Source: Vitrella brassicaformis CCMP3155
Taxonomy: Eukaryota > Protista > Chromerida
DNA: 64,000 nucleotides
NCBI GenBank assembly: GCA_001179505.1
Contig: CDMY01000425.1
Span: 15,010-79,009, forward strand
Direction of reading: 5' to 3'
This document shows positions 32,703 through 46,481 of this stretch, piece after piece. A program made the translations under genes and the position numbers. The notes beneath the pieces are model-generated. The model saw only the letters and a list, made by a program, of their open reading frames with translations. It had not been told where the DNA came from and ran no database searches. How positions within the stretch are numbered: position 1 is the first letter of the stretch; every line of letters begins with the position of its first letter.

Positions 32703-35448
32703 ATGGACTTGTCGCCCCGCGAGCGCCTGCACCGCTTCAAGACACACCCCTCGAGCATTGCAAGTAAGCCAGTGTGAAGCATTGACGCATGCAGGCCTCC
32801 TCGTCACGTCACCCTCTTGATGTGCTGTTGTCTGTCCGCCCTGGTCTCACGCAGCCGTCCTGTGCTCGGCGCTGAAGGAGCATGACAAGCATCACCGAGG
32901 ACTCGTGTCGGCTTCGGCCTTCTCCAGGACACTGCACAACTTGGGGTTGAAATTTGGGAGCGCGGAAGTTGATGGGATCATGGAGGTACGCATTGCATGC
33001 AAGAGAGAAATGAATGAGGACGCCGACGTCACTGACGGCTGCCTCCCCACCTGTCTGTCTGTCTGTCTGTCTGTCAGCAATGTGTGGTGACTGAAGACGG
33101 GTATGTCCATTACAAGCCGCTGCTCGACGCCGTGAGACCTGAGAAGCCCATGGCGGCCCGCTCGTCTGCGCGGGATGCAATTAGTCCAGTCTATTTAGAC
33201 GAGGCCGACGTGTTTGACCGCACATCGCCGCCCCTGCAGGGGTGCGCGCCGCCTGACCTCGACATGACACACCCCGCTGTAAGTTAACTAAGTTCACATG
33301 TGTCTGGTTGACCCATTTACATATTCGATTCCGCACTCTGGTCTGTCTGTCTGTTTGTCTGTTTGTTTGCAGGCCATTCGATTTCTCGTGGCGGCCAAGT
33401 CGCCAGACATCAGGAAGATATTCGCAGTGTGGGATCGGTGAGGGAGGGATAGCATAGCGACACAACACGCGGGGGGGCAGGGCACCTTTCATTTGTGTGT
33501 CGTGTGGTGCGGCCTGTGTGTGTGTGTGCTTTTTGTGTCGGTGCAGGGGCGCCATCGATGACGCCACGTTTCGTGCCAAGGTAGAGGAGTTGGGAGTGCC
33601 CGTGACGCAGGAGTTTGACCGGCTGCTGACCATTTACGGCCCCAGCCGTGCACTGAGGTACAGCTTGAGTGTGTGTGTGAGCGCGTGAGCGTGAGAGTGA
33701 GTGTGTGGATACTTCGTGAGTGCGAGTGGCCGATGAGATGAGCATGAGTGTATTTGTCAGCTACGGCAAGGTCATGGCGGCCCTGCAGATCAATGACGTG
33801 ACCGAGCGCAAGACGCGCAGCAATGCCGCTGATGTTGTCGGCCAGCCGGTACGCAGCACAGGTGGAGGGACGGGTGAATGGATGGATGGATGGATGGAGG
33901 TTTTGACGCCACTTCTTTCTTTCCCTTGTTGTCCTCGGCCAGAGCCCTCCTCGCTACCGCCCTCAGACCTCGTTCAAGGACCCCATAACCTGGCAGAATG
34001 ACACCTACTTCCAGGTCAGCACACACACACACACACACACACTTACACATGAAGGTTCAAAACACCAATCATCCTGTCTGTCGACTGGCTCGTTGAATGA
34101 TTCATTCATTTGTTGACTCATCCATCGATCAGAATCTCAAGAGCGGCCGCCGCATCTACAACAAGGCCATGCTGCAGCCCTCTCCCCGCGTCCCCTACGG
34201 TGTGAAGGACCAGTCGCCCATACCCTCGGCCGCCGACCACGAGGCCGTCACCAAGCGAGTCGCCGACTTCGTTGACGGCGTCATCAGCGCCATCGTCTTC
34301 CGCACCGAGCTGCAGCGGCTGGGCGTGACGGTGACGCCGCCGCTTGAGCAGCTCATCCGGCAGCACGACCTCCACCAGTCGGTCCCCTTCCGCGACTTCA
34401 TGCGAGTGCTGACCAAACCTGGCGCAGAGATCGAGGGAGGAGAGGCTAGCGCTGCTGGGTTGGAGCCTGGTGAGGGTGCGGGGCCAGGAGGGGCCAAGCT
34501 CATGCCTGCATCAGCGCCGACCAAGATAGATCCGTCTCAGATGCCGGCGTGTGGCGGCAAGACCCCCAAGAACGCCTTCGATTCGACTGAGAACATCCTC
34601 TCATGGGGCGTCAGGGGCGAGGGCGAGGAGGTGGGCGTCACGGCACCGCGCACGACCAAGGGCGAGGGCTACCGTCCCCCGCCCTTTGCCATCGATCAAG
34701 GCCAGCAGCAGGTGGGGGAGGAGGGAGGCTGTGCCACCACTGGCCGCCGGCACGCCCTGCACCACTACCGTCCCCCGCCATTCGCCATCGAAGGCCACGA
34801 CGGCCTTCCCCAGGCACCAGGCACCTCCTCTCCCCCGCCAGGCAGCGCCGGCAAGGAGTGGACTTCCAGGGCGATGCAAGTGAGAGAGAGGGGCGGAGAG
34901 AGGGAGGGAGGGCCTACGTACACACACAGGTGCACACCGGAGGGGACGGGGACGGACTCATGAGGTTTGTTGCCTGTGTGTGTGGTGCATCCATCCATTG
35001 CATGTTGATGAAGAACTACGGCGACATAATTGGCTGGACCGCCCAGCCAAGTGAGTATGAGATGGATATGGATGGAACGATGTGTGCGTCAATCAATCGG
35101 CGTCTGTCTGTCTGTCTGCCTGCAGCAAGGCCCGACATCGTGTCAGCCCCCACACGGGCCTTGGACGACAAGGCCAAGGCGCCCCGTGGCCAGTACGTGT
35201 GGCAGCGCTCGTCTGACATAATCAGTTGGGGAAATGAGGACCCGGGGGTGTTCAGCCGGGGGAGGCGTCGCTTTTTGCCATTGGGGGAGGAGTGCCCCTT
35301 CGGCACGGACGCCGACGTAGCGAGGAGGGACGTGCCGCCTGCAGCAGCAGCAGCAGCTTCAGACCTGGAACGGCTAGGGGCCGAGGTGGGCGAGGAGGCG
35401 AATGATATAGGGGATGGTCAGGGTGGGGCGGTGGTCGAAAGTGCGTGA
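32703..35448 (+). CDS. Multi-exon protein with several degenerate EF-hand-like pairs and short C-terminal repeats
   Basis: ALKEHDKHHRGLVSASAFSRTLHNLG, RKIFAVWDR|GAIDDATFRAKVEELG, RVADFVDGVISAIVFRTELQRLG; repeated xIIxW and YRPPPFAI motifs. Confidence 0.65.
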
Positions 35449-38400
35449 GGGGCGGCTAGGGAGAATTCGCGAGATAGACAAGCTCAGCTGGCTGCCGCTG
35501 CCTGCCTGCCTGCATGGCATGGATGGGTGGACGAGTGAATGAGAGACACTGATCGATCGATGGGATGAACTTCCAAGGAATATGCGTTGATTGGTTCCGT
35601 CGTTCGTTCGTTCGTTCGTTCGTTCGGTTGGCAATAGCACGCAGCCATCCATCCATCCATCCATCGCACGGCATGCAGTCACGTCACCACAACCAACCAG
35701 CACCCACACCACCACACTGCCACCACCATCAGGAAAAAAGTTCCTCTTGATTGAATGGTAGACTGCGCTGCCGCTTGCACGTGCCATTCTATGCTATGCT
35801 ATGCTATGCGATGCTCTGCAATGCTCTGCAAGCCCTTCCCCTCCGGCCTATTCTTCCAACCGACCGCAGCACACGACACGCAGACAGAAAGACGAGACGC
35901 ACGGGCAGCACACTTCAATTCCTTCCTTTGCTTCACCTTATCCTCGCACAGCACACACACGGACGGACGGACGAGTCAGGGGCATCTGTCAGGCAAGGCA
36001 AGCACGGGCAGTCAGCGAGCGACACGAGCATCGATCGCTTTCTTGGACAGGGATGACATGACTGACTGGAGGGAGGAAGGGACCGGGCCGATCGACCGAC
36101 GTGTTGGTTGAAAAACAAACAGCACCCCACACCACCACATGCCACACGTGCCACACGCCCACACAAACACAAACCCAAACACACACACACGACAATCAAT
36201 CGTCTTAGGGCCGAGCCGAGAGCAAGCACCACACACAGCCAGCGAGACGGGCACACTCACTCACACGGACGGAGAGGCAAGAGGCAACCTAGGGCCCAGC
36301 GATCACGTCCATCCATCCATCCATCCACATGAACCAGACAGAGAGTGAGCGAGCGCGGACCCAATCAACACACAGGCCGACCAACCAACCAAACCAAAGC
36401 AAGGCAAGGCGAGGCAAGGCGAGGAAACCAAGGATGAGATGAGACGAGAAAGACGTGATCGGGTGATGGATGACAAGACGGGATGGGGATGGCCATGTGC
36501 TGCGGGTGAGTCGATGCGAGCATAGCACGTGTGAGCAAAAATCACTGCGACCGAGTGACGACCCGACTCGTCCCGCCCCGCCCCTGTGCGCACGAAGGAG
36601 AGAATGAGGCCGAGAAAGAACCCATGAATGGTGCGGTAGTGCGGTTCCGTGGTGAGAGGGTGCAGCAGAGGGCCGGTGGGGGTGTGTCCGTGTGTGGGTG
36701 ACATGACAGACCATCCATCCATCCATCCAGCCAGCCAGCCGGACACGCATGCAGTGAGAGAAGAGGGGCAGTGTAGTGTGTCTTTTGAGTAATTACATCT
36801 TGGGCACCCCGCACCCCTCCCCACACCACAGACACACACACACACACCTTTTCTTTCATCCCTTCCGTAAGTCGATCGATCAATTACAGCACTGCACCTG
36901 CACCACGGGAGGGGAGGGAGGAATGCAACCGACCAAGAAACAAAGACAGAAAACTGCACATCACATCAATCAGATCCATGTCAGTCAGTCATGTCGCCGC
37001 CACCGTTCACACACACTTCAACCACCAGCAACATACAAACAACTGACCTTCCGTACCTTGCTTATAACCTTGATAAAGGTCTGTCTGTGTCGTGTGGTGG
37101 GGGGCATGGCATGAGCCAAGACAGAGATGGGCCTTACTGTAGTGCGGTGTGGGTGTGGTGTGGTGTGGGGTGCGACGTCACGTACGTCAATTGACTGGCA
37201 AAGCCTGGCTGATCCATCCAACCCTCCCTCCCTCCCCCGTGTGCCATTCATGGTATCAATCCCTACCCCCCATGTGTGTGTGTGTGTGGCAAAACTGCAG
37301 GAAGATGCGTGGATGGATGGATGTATGGATGGATGGACACACATGCTTGCGGGCATTGCATTGATCACGCAACCGTACCGTGTGTGTGTATGTGTGGTGA
37401 TGGTGTGTCATGCATGGGTGACATGGAACACTTCGTTACTTACGTACCTGCCGTACCGTACCTGTCCTCCCCTCCCTCCTTACCTACCACGCCACGCCAC
37501 GCACACTCGGGTGTAGTGTTACAAAAAGTTGACTGTCGATCGAAACGGACGGTGGTGTGAACGCCACGCACGCTGCTTCATTCATGTCAGCCACACACAG
37601 GCAAGTAGACCGCGCCCCCACAGTACAGCAAGACAAGACAGCAGCCAGTCACCACACCAGACCAACCTGAACGCAAAAATCCCCTGCCTTGAGGTAGGAC
37701 GACCTCGCGTAGCTCCTTGCCTGCCCTGCCTGCGTACGTCCACGGGGGGATGGTATGGTGCAGGGAGAGGGAGAGAGAGAGAGATGGGTGGGTAGTGGGG
37801 AAATACACTTTTGTGCATCGTAGGTCAGACAGAGGGGCGGAGACGCGCAGAGCAAGCCGCGCAGACAGACAGACAGACAGACAAGTAGCCAGGAGAAGGA
37901 GGACAGACAGGCTGACAAAGTAGGCAGCTTTGGCTCACAGGAAGAGAGAGACAACGGACAGGGGTGAGAGAGGGAGAGAGGGACACAGAGAGGGAGTACC
38001 TGCCTGACAAACCAACACATTCGATTCGGTTCAGCAAACAAACAGAAAAGATCGAGCAAGACAAGACCCCACCGCGCAAACGCACCACCCCCACTTATCA
38101 TCCATCTGTGGCAATCAATGGCCATGCATAGCATGCAGCTGCCCACTTGTCTGCCCATCCATCCATCCATCCATCCACTCGCGGATTGAATTACCCAAAT
38201 ACGCACGTTTTGAATTACAGTGGTTCGCCCGCTCGAGTGGGTGAGTGAGTGGTGGTGGGGTCATTGTCACATCACATCTATCACACGTAGGCCAGGCCTG
38301 ACTCGGTGCCATCCATCCATCCATTCTTGTACGACGGTGTACCTGCCTGTCTGTCTGTTCTTCTGTCGGCTGTCAAGCGATCGATCCACCCATCCCATGC

Positions 38401-38676
38401 AGATGATCATGTCCACGGACACAGACACAGACACGGACACGGACACAAAGCTGCGTGCATCACTGCACTGCATTCGCTGGCCAGTAAGTGAGGGGGTGGG
38501 TGGTTGAAACACGCACGCGCAGCGCACAAGACAGTGGCTGCCTCGCTGTCGTGTTGTTTGTGCTGGTGGTGGTTGGGGTCTCTTCTCTGTCTACCTGTCT
38601 ACCTGTCTGTCTACCTGTGCGTCTGGTGAGAGTCGCGACTGGCTGAGCTCCGACGTCTGACTGACTGATGGGAACG

Positions 38677-38707
<31 letters not shown>

Positions 38708-39712
38708 AGAGCCAGACCGACCGACTAAGCGCCTATCTTGATAATGCCACTAGGTGGGGTTGGGTGACTTGACTGAATGACTGACTAGGCTTTCTCCCTC
38801 TGTCCCCTTCCTCCCTGCATCCCTTGCTTGTCTTCCCCTCCTTGGCTCTTCTTTCTTCGCTTTGGGCAGTGACTGACTCGCCGCCGGCCGAAAGAAGAAG
38901 GCTTCCACAAACGGACATACACATGGACACGGACACGGACACAGACACGGATGCATTGATTGCATTGATTGCATGTGTGCTTCCATCAAGACAAAGAGAG
39001 AGACGCTTGTTGGCCATCCATCCATCCATCAGTATCATGCGCATTGACGAATAAACGATTCGACGGTAAAGTAGGCACGCACACACCCACGCAATGCAAG
39101 GAAAGGAGAGGAAAAGTGAGCAAGAGCGAGCAAGTGACACCAACCACCCAAAGCCAGCCCAGCCACTGGGCAAGTAGTTAGTAGGGAGTGACCGGAGCTT
39201 TTGTACGAAGCTCTCTCTCCCTCTCTACCTCCCTCCCTCCCTCTCCGTCACATTCAGCCACCCACCCACATTGTCTCCCCTCTCTCCAGCCCCCCTCCTC
39301 TTGGTAGCAGCATCGCGCGTAGCAGATAACTAGGTGACACGAATGGAATGAACGGAGAGCCAGTGGGTGAGTGAGTCAGTCGACATTGCATGCACACCTG
39401 AAGAGAGAAGAGTACGGTAGGAAGGCAGGGAGCAGAAAAGGCAATGTCTGATGGGAAAATTTCGCGCGCCGGTGTCTTGTCTGTCAGACTAGATGCGTCG
39501 GTTAGAAATGAAATCCATGGGCCACATCGATGATGGTCGAGGACATAGTGGGCCGGCCACACACAGCATGAATGAAGGATGAATGAAACATGAAAGCAAA
39601 AATAGCAACAAACAGCGACACACAAAACGTCACGTGACAGAGACAAAGAAAGCAATTGGCATTGGCTACATAATACGACTTACCCGCGCCCGCCCGCCCG
39701 CCCGCCCACCCC

Positions 39713-40012
39713 NNNNNNNNNNNNNNNNNNNNNNNNNNNNNNNNNNNNNNNNNNNNNNNNNNNNNNNNNNNNNNNNNNNNNNNNNNNNNNNNNNNNNNNN
39801 NNNNNNNNNNNNNNNNNNNNNNNNNNNNNNNNNNNNNNNNNNNNNNNNNNNNNNNNNNNNNNNNNNNNNNNNNNNNNNNNNNNNNNNNNNNNNNNNNNNN
39901 NNNNNNNNNNNNNNNNNNNNNNNNNNNNNNNNNNNNNNNNNNNNNNNNNNNNNNNNNNNNNNNNNNNNNNNNNNNNNNNNNNNNNNNNNNNNNNNNNNNN
40001 NNNNNNNNNNNN
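39713..40012. other. Assembly gap (300 N)
   Basis: Run of N. Confidence 1.
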
Positions 40013-41152
40013 CACCCGCCCCGTATATGATGATGCCACGACACACACTCACACGTGATGGGCTGGCAGGGATGAGACCAATGTCTCACCGGCCCTTGCT
40101 AACTGTCACACTCGGGGTTCAGTCCGTTGGTATTCGGCCCTCGCTCACACACGCACACGCACACACATACACACACGGTCACGCGCTTAGAAAACCCGGT
40201 GAGGTGAGTTGTGTGTGAGGGGGGGACGGAGGAGATGAGGGGGGAAGGGGAAAAAGCTCCCTTTCTTCCTGGCCGTCGTGTCGTGTCGCTTTCTGCCTGC
40301 CTGGGCTGCTGCAGGGGGGTACATGAATGACCAGGTAGCAGCATACGTACGAGCAGCCACCCATAGAGTGGGTGGGGGACGGTGGGGTGGGGTGGGGGCA
40401 GCGAGCGTACAAGTAGCAGAGCAAAGGCACTTGGTGCGTGTGTATTGGGGGTCGGGGGGGTGGGGGAAAAGTGGGAAATTCGTTGGTCCGTTTGTTCGAG
40501 TCGGGCAGCGCAGGTAAGGTAAGCAGGTAGGTGCGTGTGGACGTACCGTACCCATACAACAGAAGGAAGGCAAAGCAGAGACAGCACACAAGACAAGACC
40601 GGCTCTCTGTCTGTTGTCCCCTCTCTCTCTCTCGTACGAAGGCCGTCAGCATAGCATAGCATAGCATAAGTAGATGAGCACAGCACAGATGGCACATGTG
40701 TGCCTTGGTTGGTTGCTTGATTCATTAACAAATACGCAGCCAGCCAGCATGAGTATACCAATCACCGATGCGATGCGATGCGATGCGATGCGATGCAATG
40801 CAATGAATGCAATGAATGCAATGGATGTAGCCAAGCACCAACACAGCAACAACACAGCAACACAGCTACCGGCCTACGTACCGCACCTACCCACTTGCTG
40901 AAAATCTGTCGGTCTGTCTCTCTGTCTGTCTGGTGCCCCCCGCCACGGTTTTTGCAGGCAGGAGGCACACGGTGTCCATCAGTAGAGTGGAGAGAGAAGT
41001 GGCCAAAACGCACGCACGGAGAACGTGTCCACGTACACACTTGCGCAAGAAAGACTGACTGGACGGAAGAGATCTGTCCACAGGCCCATCAATGGGTATC
41101 GGTAGGTGGGCGGGTGCGATGGTTTGGGTGGCCGTCCCCCCCTCCTCTCCCT

Positions 41153-41178
41153 CCCCCCCCCCCCCCCCCCCCCCCCCC
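41153..41178. repeat. Poly-C tract (about 26 nt)
   Basis: Homopolymer seen directly. Confidence 0.9.
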
Positions 41179-44100
41179 GATACAAAAATAGGAAAACCGT
41201 GCTCTCATCCCATCCGCGGCAAGTAGCTTATATAAGATAGGCACTCCCCTGTCCCTGTGTTACACATCTATCTATGTGTGTAGTGGGTGGGGATCGTACG
41301 GATGAGTGTGGATGTGCGAATGCAATGAAATGTTGCCTTACTTACGGGTGGGGTGAGCACGGCGACCCAACAAATGGACATCATGTGAACAGTGGTGGCG
41401 AACATGCATGTGTGGGAATGTACGCAGCCAGCCATCCGGCCAGCCAGCCAGTCCCTTCAAAGACCCGACCCGCCTCGCCCCCCAATTCACGAAATCAGTG
41501 ACTCACTTGACAAGCCAGCCCAAAACAGGCAGCCAGCCAGGCAGGCAGGCGGACAGGTGGCAAGTATGTATGTACGGACATGAACCGGTCGATCGAGTGC
41601 CCGCCCGCCCGCCCATAAAGTGTTCCGCCCTGCACCCCACCCCTCCCCTCCCTGCCAAAACACGCCATCCGAACTGCCGTCCGTCTTGGCGTTGTCTCTC
41701 GTGCGCCCCGCCCCCTGCTGTGCTGTGCTGTAGCAAAACCCCCTCCCTGTGGCTGCTGCTGCTGCGTGAAGCCTGCAGATTGTCACATAGCGTGCAATGG
41801 TACATACGATCGGTCGATGTATGTCCCGTTGCGTTGGTCTGTGCAGCCGACAAGGAGAGGCGAGAGAGAAGGCACGGCAGGCAGGCAGGCTGGCATGCAG
41901 ATAGTAAGTAGGTATAGGTAAGTAGGTAGGTAGTCGATGAGATGATACAAATACGGTCAGTCGAATCGAATCAATGTGTGTGGGAACTAGTCAGTTCCTG
42001 CTCTCCCCTCTCCCCCCCTCTCCCTCCCTCCCTCCCTCTCTCTCTGTGTGTGTACAGGCTGGTCGTGGGGTTGCGGATGCAGCAGGTTGCGGATGCAGCA
42101 GCGTGCAGGAAAGTGTGGCTACTCAATGAATACACATTGTCCATTCAACACGTCACGCACCCAACCCACCCTCCCCATCCCCACGCCCACACGAAATACG
42201 TGCTAGTCAGCTAGTCAGTCAGTGAGAGCCATCACACAACACACCCAGCGAGTGTCCCCCCGACCGCACACTTACACGCGAGAAGGAGAGTAAGCTTAGG
42301 CAGCCTCAGGACGGCAGGCAGGGAGGCAGTTACTAGGCACACACCACACTACGGACAGACACACACAGAGAGAGAGAGAGAGTTAGTTGGCGAGCAAGTA
42401 GAATACCCCTTGATTGACCAGTCGATTGGACACCGGTGGGTTGAGTTGGTTTGGTGTGACCGACAGCAGCGACGCAGACCGACCCGACTACGAACGAACA
42501 CACGGCACACACGGCACGACAGACACGGCACTTCACGGCACTCAGGAACACAGCTAGCCTAGCACAGCACAGCTGTGCTAGCTTAGCTGCGCAGGAATGA
42601 ATCGACGAACGAACGAGACGATGTTAATGCTGAAAAAGCTGAAAAAGAGACATTCAATCCATCCATCAGACGCCACCCCGCTTGCTTTGCCCGGCCGATC
42701 CGTCTGTATGCAATACAGACACATGCGATGCAGCCTGGTCGGTCGGTCGGTCGGTGCTGAATCGAATCAGATATACACACAAACAAAACCACACATCCAT
42801 CCATCCACACACGAGACACGACAGAGTGGCCCTTCAAACAGTCGAGTCGACAGACAGTGAGTGAGTGAGTGACACCAATACAGCAAGGAAGCAAGTACGA
42901 GAGAGGAAGAGGTTTCCGCCTGTCGTGTAGTTGGGTGATAGTAGCTAGCTAGCTACACAAATACGATCGACACAGCGAGGAGAGCATCACACACTAGTCA
43001 GGCGCCTTCCATCCATCCATCCATCCAGGAGAGAGAGAGAGTGAGTGAAGGAGGCGAGAGAGAGGCGAGCGAGACGAGAAGAGGCGTGCGGCCGAGCAGC
43101 ACTCTCTCCCTCCCCGACTCGCCATCTGTGGGACAAACAACATATCAGCAGTTCGCAGAGATCGGCTGGAGGCAGGCAGGGAAGCTGGCAGCAAGTGTGG
43201 TGAGTGAACACGGTGGTAAACAAAGTCTGTCTGAGCGGAGCGGAAGGGAAGCAACGGAGGCAACAGAGGGGAGCCAATGGCCGCTCCCGCCACGTCATGG
43301 ACAAACTCTGTCGGTTTACTACAAATACAAACCACACACACACACGCACGGACAGCAAATGCAGGAAAAAAACATAACACAACACAGATACACTTTCACT
43401 TCACACACACATACTCATACTCATACGCCGCCGAATCGCCTCGCTCGGCTCTCAAAAGGAAAAATCCCAACTCAAGTCTGGTCTGTCCGGCCGTCTCCGT
43501 CTCGTCACAAATGTGCTGCCCCTGCCCCCGCCACCTGGCTGACACACAGGGCAAAGGCAACAAGAAGAAGACGCAGGCAGGTAGGCACACAGGTAGGTTG
43601 GCATAACCAACGGACAAACGGGGCAATGGGCTGCTTGGTTGGTCTCTGGTTCCTAAATGGTCTCCCCCGCCCTCCCTCCCTCCTTGCCTCTCTCGGATGC
43701 ACACAAACAGGTAGATCCTCGAGACGGACAAGGGATGGGAGGAGCGCCGAAATACAACCAAACCCAACGCAACGCAACGCCACTCCAGGCCACGTCCAAA
43801 GCAACCAAACAGCAGCCAGACAGCCAGACGAACAGAAGAACGAAATGCTGCCCTGTATCGACCAATAGAGATACACACGGGCAGAAAGGAAAAGAGGAAA
43901 TCTCTCGCCATATATTCACTCTCATGCATTCAACAAACACGATGGATGATGAATGAAAACTGCTCGTGTACCAGACAGCCAGACCAATCGAGAGTACACA
44001 CCACGCGGAAGCCAGCCAGCCAGCCAGCCGGCCGGCCAGGCAGGCCGGCAGCTATGCAGGCAGCAGGACAAGGAAACAAACATGGTACATAGCAGCACTC

Positions 44101-46481
44101 AACCAACCAAGAGACCCCCGAGAAAGGGTTAGGTCCAGCGTAGGCTGAGTTCATCCATCCATCCATCCATCAGTAGTGAGGGGAAGAGGGAAACGCTGAT
44201 GAATCGAATCCACTACTCACTCAATGGGGAGGGAAGGAATGCAGAAAGGCGTGCGCCATCGGAAGGGAGAAAGGCGCATTGATGTACGGACCGGCTCTGG
44301 GGTGCAATGCACCGCTGCATGCCACGCACACCCTGTAAGTAGATGTAGGTAGGTAAGCAGGTACGCACACACTCACATGGATGGGATAAATAGAGAGACG
44401 AAACACGGCGGGCGGCGACACACATCACATCATCTCGCGCTACACAAACGACACACAAACACCATGGCTGTGTGGCTGTGTGTGTCTGTGTGTCAAGGTT
44501 GAGCGGTGTGTGTGTCGCCCGTTCACGACAGGGCGACTTCGCCCATGGCTGCCTGGCAAAAGAGAGAGAGAGAGGCGGTCCGGCCTGGACTTTCCCAGAC
44601 AGCGCCCTCACACACGCGTACACTCACAAACGTGGAGGGGGGGAGGGACACACATGATGAGGAGAGAGGATGCAGAGGATGCAGAGGAAGCAGTTGAAGC
44701 TGCATACTGGAGCGGACAGACAGAGTACAGAGCGAGAAAGCTAGTCACGTCAGTCAGACATACAGACAGAAGCGAGCGAAGAGGGGAAATGCCAGCCGAC
44801 AGCGTAGATAGGAGAGACACGCACGATGCTCTGGTACAAATGACAGCCGTACGCACACACACCACACATCACTTATACACCCCGCCCCATTCGAATGCAT
44901 CATATCAGCTATCTATCGCAGGCAACCCCATTCACCCACACAACCCCCCCCACCCAGTCCCCCCACATCAATCACATCAGGCAGGGCAGACAGAGAGTTG
45001 ACGAACAAACGCACAGACAGGCGGCGAGGCGAGGCGAGGCAGGCCATGCCATGCTTGTACACCTACATGTATACATGTGATGTGGGCGGCCCTCGTGTAT
45101 TCCAGGTCCCCCAGTATCATCCATCTACCATGCATCGATCTGACAGACAGACAGTAAGTGCATACAGCCAGCCAGCCAGTCGTGCTGTCAGGGATACATG
45201 CACACGGTCGGGTCTGTCTGTTGGTAGGAACAGGCGGCCAGGCCAAGAATCCAGCATGTGGATCAGATCAATCATGTGGATAGAGATGCTGACGTCGATG
45301 GATGGATGCCTCCTTTCTTCCGTCCCGTTCGTCTCTTTTGTTTGTGTCACTGTCTGTCTGTCCGCCCTGACCCTGACCCTCACGGCCGTGGCGTCGGCTG
45401 ACTGATGTTTCTGTTCTATCCAGGTGTCTGTCTGTCTGCCCACCCTCCCTCTCCCAATCAGCAGAAGTCAGTAGCACCTGTTGAAGCGCACCGCACGCAC
45501 ACACGATAAACATGCAAACCTGCGTAGACGGCATCCGAGCTTACTGTAGCAGCAGAGGCAACGCAGCCATGTATGCCATGGATGGGATGAGTGGACAAAT
45601 GGATGTCAGTCAGTGGCCATTCCATGCAGCAAGGCAACGAGGAGAGAGAGTGGGTGTGTATGTATGTATGCGGGCATGTGGGCGTGCGTGTGGCCAGCGA
45701 GTGAGTCATGCAGCAGCTGGGTGAAGGTGTGGCTGTGTGCGAAAACGTGGAATGGCATGTAGGTATGACGTCGTGTGGTGTGGTGTGGTGTGGTGTGGTG
45801 TGGCCGTGGCACGTATGCAGCAGTGGGCAGCCATCAGTAAGTGAGGTAGGCGGCCGAGTGAGCATACGAGGCGAGGCAGCCAGCAACACAGCACAGAAGA
45901 GCAAGGCAGCGTATGAAGTATGCAGTGCGATCCACACTCCCACTCTCGTGTCTACTCTCGTTCCCTCTCTCCTCCCTCCCTCCCTCCCTCCCTCCCGCCC
46001 TCTCGGCTCGTCGTCAGTCAGACAACTGAGGCACCCAATCAATGCTTGCTCTGGCTGCGCTGCATGTGCCCACATGCGGTCGGTCATCAAGAGGATGCGT
46101 ATTAAACTAGACAAGACAGACAGACAGGGTGGCGATAAATAGGGACTGGAGATGCATGCATACACATGGACACAGGAAGGCAGGCAGACAGACAGACAGA
46201 CAGGGGAGAGAGAAAGAGACCGCGGGCACGGAACGGAGGCAGCACTGCTCTGTCTGGCGAGAGGGGAGGGGAGGGGGGCCGTTCGTTGTGAGTGTTGACC
46301 GACCCACCGATAGACCCACCACCACTGGACCGCTACAGCTATCCCTCTCTCTCTCTGTACTTATTCGTCATTGCTACGTACGCACCTCCCTCCCGCCCCC
46401 ATCAATCATGCATTCACTCATTAGGTAGTGAACATGGACACGTTGCGGGTGTGTCGTGTCGTGTCGCCCGCGTCATGTCAT

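Larger units (their letters stand above)
35449..46481. other. About 11 kb microsatellite-rich non-coding interval between two convergent genes
   Basis: No credible spliced coding exons seen; the ORFs are translations of simple repeats (CCAT, CAGA, GCAAG, CACAC, GATGC). Confidence 0.65.

Noticed and set aside
35449-46481. Numerous 60-275 aa ORFs in the long intergenic region
   Set aside because: They translate microsatellites (MDGWMDG, CVCVCV, THTHT) or N runs and show no domain-like content or consistent splice structure.
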